64,000 bases of DNA from Verrucomicrobiota bacterium (GTDB lineage: Bacteria > Verrucomicrobiota > Verrucomicrobiia > Opitutales > Coraliomargaritaceae): assembly GCA_039815375.1 (NCBI GenBank), contig JBCBZJ010000016.1, forward strand, positions 1 to 64,000, in the 5' to 3' direction. A program made the position numbers and the translations under genes. Below the pieces are notes generated by a model, which was not told the DNA's origin, did not search any database, and was given only the letters and a program-made list of their open reading frames with translations. Numbering within the stretch: the first letter of the stretch is position 1; each line of letters opens with the position of its first letter. Shown here in pieces: positions 60,461 to 64,000 of the stretch.

Positions 60461-61855
60461 TCACTTCGCGGTTCGTGAAAGTCCGTTGACGAAGGTGACG
60501 GCTGACTTCTCGAGATAGGCCATAACACCGGCAACTTTCCGGGAGAGAATCGCGTGGAGGACAAGAGCGGGAATCGCGAGCACAAGGCCAAGCTCAGTCG
60601 TGATGAGCGCTTCGGAGATACCGGAAATCAGAGGCTTCGGATCGCCCGCACCATAGACCGTCATGAGACGGAAGGTCTTGATAATACCCGTTACGGTGCC
60701 GAGCAGCCCCAGCAGCGGAGCTGCCGCTGCCGTCACCGCAATCACATTGAGAAAGCGTTCCAGGGCCGGCTGAATACCGAGCATCGATTCATACATTACT
60801 TCTTCGACCATCTCGACAGACTCATCCGAGTGATCGACGGCAACCATGAGCATATCACGGGCCGGCTGCGGCTGCGCTGCAGCGATCTTCCTCGCACGCT
60901 CAAGACGACCCTCTCGAATCGCCTTGACGATATCATGGATCACCATCGGCTTCGGGTGGCGAATCGTGAAGACTTGGAACAGCTTCCAGATAGCAACAAC
61001 CGTCGCAACCAGTGCAAAGAGTAAAATCGGATAGACCCAGACCCCGCCTTTCCTGATGTGTTCGACAGGTGTGTCACGAGTTGAGGCCATGGCGATGGCA
61101 TCCCCGAGTGTGGGATCGATAGGAAGAACCCCACTTTCGGAAGCAGCTGCCGCCCTGACCTCTTCCGCCATACTTCCAGAGAGTGCGAGAACCTGCGGAT
61201 CCAAAGCGAGAGTCTCTTCGACGAGCCCGGCAAGTTCGCTATCGGCACTTGAAAAATAGAGTATCGGGCCGATCTGCAGGAACTGGCCCTGTTCCAGACT
61301 GCCTTCCGGTGTTAACGCCTTACCCGCATAACGCTGCCCACCGAGAAGTGCATCCAAATGTGCCTTCGATTCCTGAAGCAGCGCGAGTCCACGGTCTAAT
61401 TTTTCCAATTCATCCGAAGCCGGATCTTCGAGGAACAGATTATAAGAGCGAATACCCTCCGCGAGTTGGGCGCGCTCGCCGGATGAGAGTGCTGCCTCGT
61501 AGTCGGCAATATAGTCTGGAAGCAGCGTGCGACGAACGTAATTCACCTGAGCCTCGCGGGCGAATACCCGAGCGCGCAGTGCTTCCAGCTCAACTGTGCG
61601 GCTATCGCGCAGTCGCTGTACCTGCTCTACATCGCTGGCCAGCTCTTTGGCTTTTGCCTCTTTTGAGGCAAGATCACGGGCAAGTGGAATCTGCTCTGTT
61701 TTAATCTCACTACGCAGCTCACTCAAACGGAGCAATGCATCTTCAAGCTTGGCTTCCTGGTCGAGAGCAATTTGTCCTAGAGACTGCCCGTTACTAAAGA
61801 GTACCGTGCTCATCGAAGTCGCGAGCAAAAGAAAGTTGCGAAGCAAGTTTCTCAT
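60461..61855 (-). CDS. Long ExbB-like (TtpC-type) protein with periplasmic coiled coil
   Basis: Signal peptide, coiled coil, PIDPT, APLLGLLGTVTG, GISEALITTELGL. Confidence 0.88.
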   Translation of the reverse strand: MRNLLRNFLLLATSMSTVLFSNGQSLGQIALDQEAKLEDALLRLSELRSEIKTEQIPLARDLASKEAKAKELASDVEQVQRLRDSRTVELEALRARVFAREAQVNYVRRTLLPDYIADYEAALSSGERAQLAEGIRSYNLFLEDPASDELEKLDRGLALLQESKAHLDALLGGQRYAGKALTPEGSLEQGQFLQIGPILYFSSADSELAGLVEETLALDPQVLALSGSMAEEVRAAAASESGVLPIDPTLGDAIAMASTRDTPVEHIRKGGVWVYPILLFALVATVVAIWKLFQVFTIRHPKPMVIHDIVKAIREGRLERARKIAAAQPQPARDMLMVAVDHSDESVEMVEEVMYESMLGIQPALERFLNVIAVTAAAAPLLGLLGTVTGIIKTFRLMTVYGAGDPKPLISGISEALITTELGLVLAIPALVLHAILSRKVAGVMAYLEKSAVTFVNGLSRTAK

Positions 61856-62628
61856 TCTGCCACCTCCTTATTCGCGATACCATGAACGGGTAGATTGATA
61901 AACCTCGGCTCTGCCAGTTCCCCATCAAGCAGTTGTATGGCCTCAAGTATAGCGCTTCCCAACTCCGGTTGAGACTCCCATTGCCAGCCGGACTCAGTCG
62001 GCACACCATAGCCTGCATCATTTGGAGCCAGATAGTAGGCCTGCCCTAGCCCAATATAGAGAGTCCGGACAGACGCCTCGCTTCCGTCGCCGGGCAAATC
62101 ACGAATTGATTCCGACAGGTGTAGGGCACTGTCGAACTGACGGATACGCCCCATCATACTGACCACGGTACGCATGCGTTCGCCGATGTTTAGCTCCTTG
62201 TCCTCACCATCGGCTGGTAGTCTCTGGTAAGCCGCCTCCAGATCATCAGCCAGAGGTTCCGGAAGCTGCGACTGCAACTTGTGCAAATCGGATTCAATAC
62301 CGGCTAAAAAGGCCTCGATGCGCCTCGACTTCGCCAGGGCAAGATCCTCACGCGCTAACAAATCCGCTCGCTCATCATCTGCTGCAGTCACCCCTGCCTC
62401 ACTCTCAGTCAGCTCTTCTTCGAGTCGCTCAATCCTCTGTGTCTCGACAGTGATGAGATCCTGAAGTAGCTGTTCGCGCTGCACCCAATCGGCTGCTTCG
62501 CGGGAAATGGCCTTCTCCGTCGTAACCCACTCCTTGACCACAGTTCGTGCATTATCGAGCGCTTCCGGCGAGGCCGATAGACTCAACGCAGGAATCAAAA
62601 ATACTAAAGTTTTCCAGCTCATAAACAT
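61852..62628 (-). CDS. DUF3450-like (TtpB-type) protein
   Basis: Coiled coil, LYIGLGQAYY, W.W; first gene before ttpC; ATG 62628 with GGGAG RBS. Confidence 0.8.
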   Translation of the reverse strand: MFMSWKTLVFLIPALSLSASPEALDNARTVVKEWVTTEKAISREAADWVQREQLLQDLITVETQRIERLEEELTESEAGVTAADDERADLLAREDLALAKSRRIEAFLAGIESDLHKLQSQLPEPLADDLEAAYQRLPADGEDKELNIGERMRTVVSMMGRIRQFDSALHLSESIRDLPGDGSEASVRTLYIGLGQAYYLAPNDAGYGVPTESGWQWESQPELGSAILEAIQLLDGELAEPRFINLPVHGIANKEVAE

Positions 62629-62633
62629 AAATA

Positions 62634-62684
62634 CTCCCACTACCTCATGGAGTAGTGGGAGATTGATTTCAAGACTCAGTCGCA
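62634..62684 (-). promoter_or_regulatory. RBS-sequestering hairpin plus Fur-like box upstream of the TonB operon
   Basis: Perfect 10-bp stem 62634-62643/62652-62661 containing GGGAG; CAAGACTCAGTCGCA at 62670-62684. Confidence 0.55.
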
Positions 62685-62731
62685 ATTAGGTATCCCAACG
62701 ATGCCAAAGCAACAAAAACAGAACTTTCAGC

Positions 62732-64000
62732 TTAAAAAGTAAGCCCCGCAGTCAGATAGAACGTCCGAGGCTCGCCACGCTTGGCGAAAGTGACATCGGT
62801 CGTATTCAAAACATAAAAGTGATCCGTGATGTTCTTCACTCCCAAATTGATGTAGAGTTCACCAAAATCTAACTCGGTCGTGTAGGTAATATTCATGTTG
62901 TGGATGATGCCCTGAGCAGGCAGATCGGTTGGCGAGCTTGTAAGCGTCGCACTAATCGGGCCATTGCCGTATCCGTCGTCCATATAATCGATACCGTAAC
63001 CGAACGTGAAACCATCGAGGCCGATACCGTCCAGATCGAAGGAGTTCCAAATCACAAGCTTGTTGTATGGCACACCCAGAAAACGGTCTCCAGGACCCTG
63101 AGTGCCGGTTCCTGCGTCGATCACCTCAGTATCCGTATAGGCATAGCTCAGGTAGATATTCCAGAAGTCATTGATTTGTCCGGTCACATCGACTTCAAGA
63201 CCCCGGCTGCGCACTTCACCCACGAGAACCGAGGCATCCGGATCAATTGGGTCCTGCCCAAGGATGTTCTCCTTCGTCAAATCATAGATTGCAATCGTGC
63301 TACTCAACTTTCCATCAAACCAGGAGGAGCGGAGTCCCAACTCATACTGAGTGCCTTCTTCCGGCTCCGTGATCAGATTATCATTACGATCAATTGCGAG
63401 CCCACCTTGTGGCAGGTAGGACTGCGCGTAGCTTGCATATATGCTGTGATCATCAGTGATGCCATAGACTCCTCCGATCCGTGGCACCCAGGCAGACTCA
63501 GACACATCATCACGGATCACTCCGGCAGCTCCATCTTGCCCAAAGCTCTCACTCTGACTTGATTTCGACTCAGAGTATCGCAGCCCGGCAAGAATACTTA
63601 AATTCAATTCAGGTATGTTGATCGCATCCTGAAGGTTGATGCCAAACTCCTCGTATTCCAATTTAGTCTGAGTAAATGGCGGTGAGTCCTCGTAATTCGT
63701 GAGGTGATCATAGGCAGGATTATCCGGATCAAAAATATTAACCGCAGGCGGCAATGCGAATAATTGTGCAAACGCGGCAGCCTGCTCAGCCGGCGTGCTG
63801 AATGGATTGAGCAAGACAGGCACAGGCCCAGCGATGGAATTGAAATAGCCCTGATTCTTAATCTTCGTCTTAGAATAGTTCGCGCCGATCAACAATTGAT
63901 GCTCCATGCCAGCAAGCTCCTTTTCCCAGATGAAGTGACCGCCGGCATAGCTGGTCTCCGAACCGCGCTGCTGATCAAAGGCAGAACGCGACGAGATACC
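62732..64000 (-). CDS. TonB-dependent (siderophore-type) receptor, 5' part outside the window
   Basis: Frame open to the window edge; PEEGTQYELG, GEVRSRGLE, VKNITD, GEPRTF..TF. Confidence 0.92.
   Translation of the reverse strand, partial: GISSRSAFDQQRGSETSYAGGHFIWEKELAGMEHQLLIGANYSKTKIKNQGYFNSIAGPVPVLLNPFSTPAEQAAAFAQLFALPPAVNIFDPDNPAYDHLTNYEDSPPFTQTKLEYEEFGINLQDAINIPELNLSILAGLRYSESKSSQSESFGQDGAAGVIRDDVSESAWVPRIGGVYGITDDHSIYASYAQSYLPQGGLAIDRNDNLITEPEEGTQYELGLRSSWFDGKLSSTIAIYDLTKENILGQDPIDPDASVLVGEVRSRGLEVDVTGQINDFWNIYLSYAYTDTEVIDAGTGTQGPGDRFLGVPYNKLVIWNSFDLDGIGLDGFTFGYGIDYMDDGYGNGPISATLTSSPTDLPAQGIIHNMNITYTTELDFGELYINLGVKNITDHFYVLNTTDVTFAKRGEPRTFYLTAGLTF

Noticed and set aside
1..64000. CRISPR array, rRNA or integrase gene
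   Set aside because: No regularly spaced repeats, rRNA-like sequence or tyrosine/serine recombinase motifs were seen by eye.

Overview
64-kb bacterial chromosomal window. PEP-CTERM proteins, an RpoD with an Ala/Lys-rich N-terminus and the style of the secreted proteins suggest Verrucomicrobiota (Opitutales-like); this is inference. Family names come from motif recognition by eye, without database searches. There are three zones. (1) 1-18300 is an accessory region at the 3' end of tRNA-His. It holds a minus-strand run of ECF sigma, anti-sigma-like protein, LamG protein, a 1970-aa secreted protein with a degenerate transglutaminase fold, a signal-peptide-bearing RHS protein with a WHH/HNH-type nuclease tip, a DUF4272-like candidate immunity gene, two small low-GC ORFs and a broken RAYT-type HUH transposase. 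(2) 18600-46800 is mostly housekeeping: ATP-grasp/alpha-E/transglutaminase operon, Mla/Pqi ABC system, HADs, sufS, rluA-like, maf, TolC family, nadE, hemL, dnaG, rpoD, tatA, rnr. (3) 47400-64000 is a probable metal/iron-regulated surface region: DUF6607-like lipoprotein, FeS-less PhrB-type photolyase, nitroreductase, TonB-dependent receptors, PEP-CTERM proteins, an azurin-like lipoprotein and a TtpB/TtpC-type TonB operon. The strongest signal is a 79-87 nt hairpin element in two ~72%-identical, oppositely oriented copies (396-482 and 1597-1675). The copies show four compensatory base-pair changes, and each has its own 5-bp direct repeat. One copy interrupts the RAYT gene; the other sits inside an attC-like inverted-repeat shell. 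This is a candidate undescribed ssDNA-structured mini mobile element.
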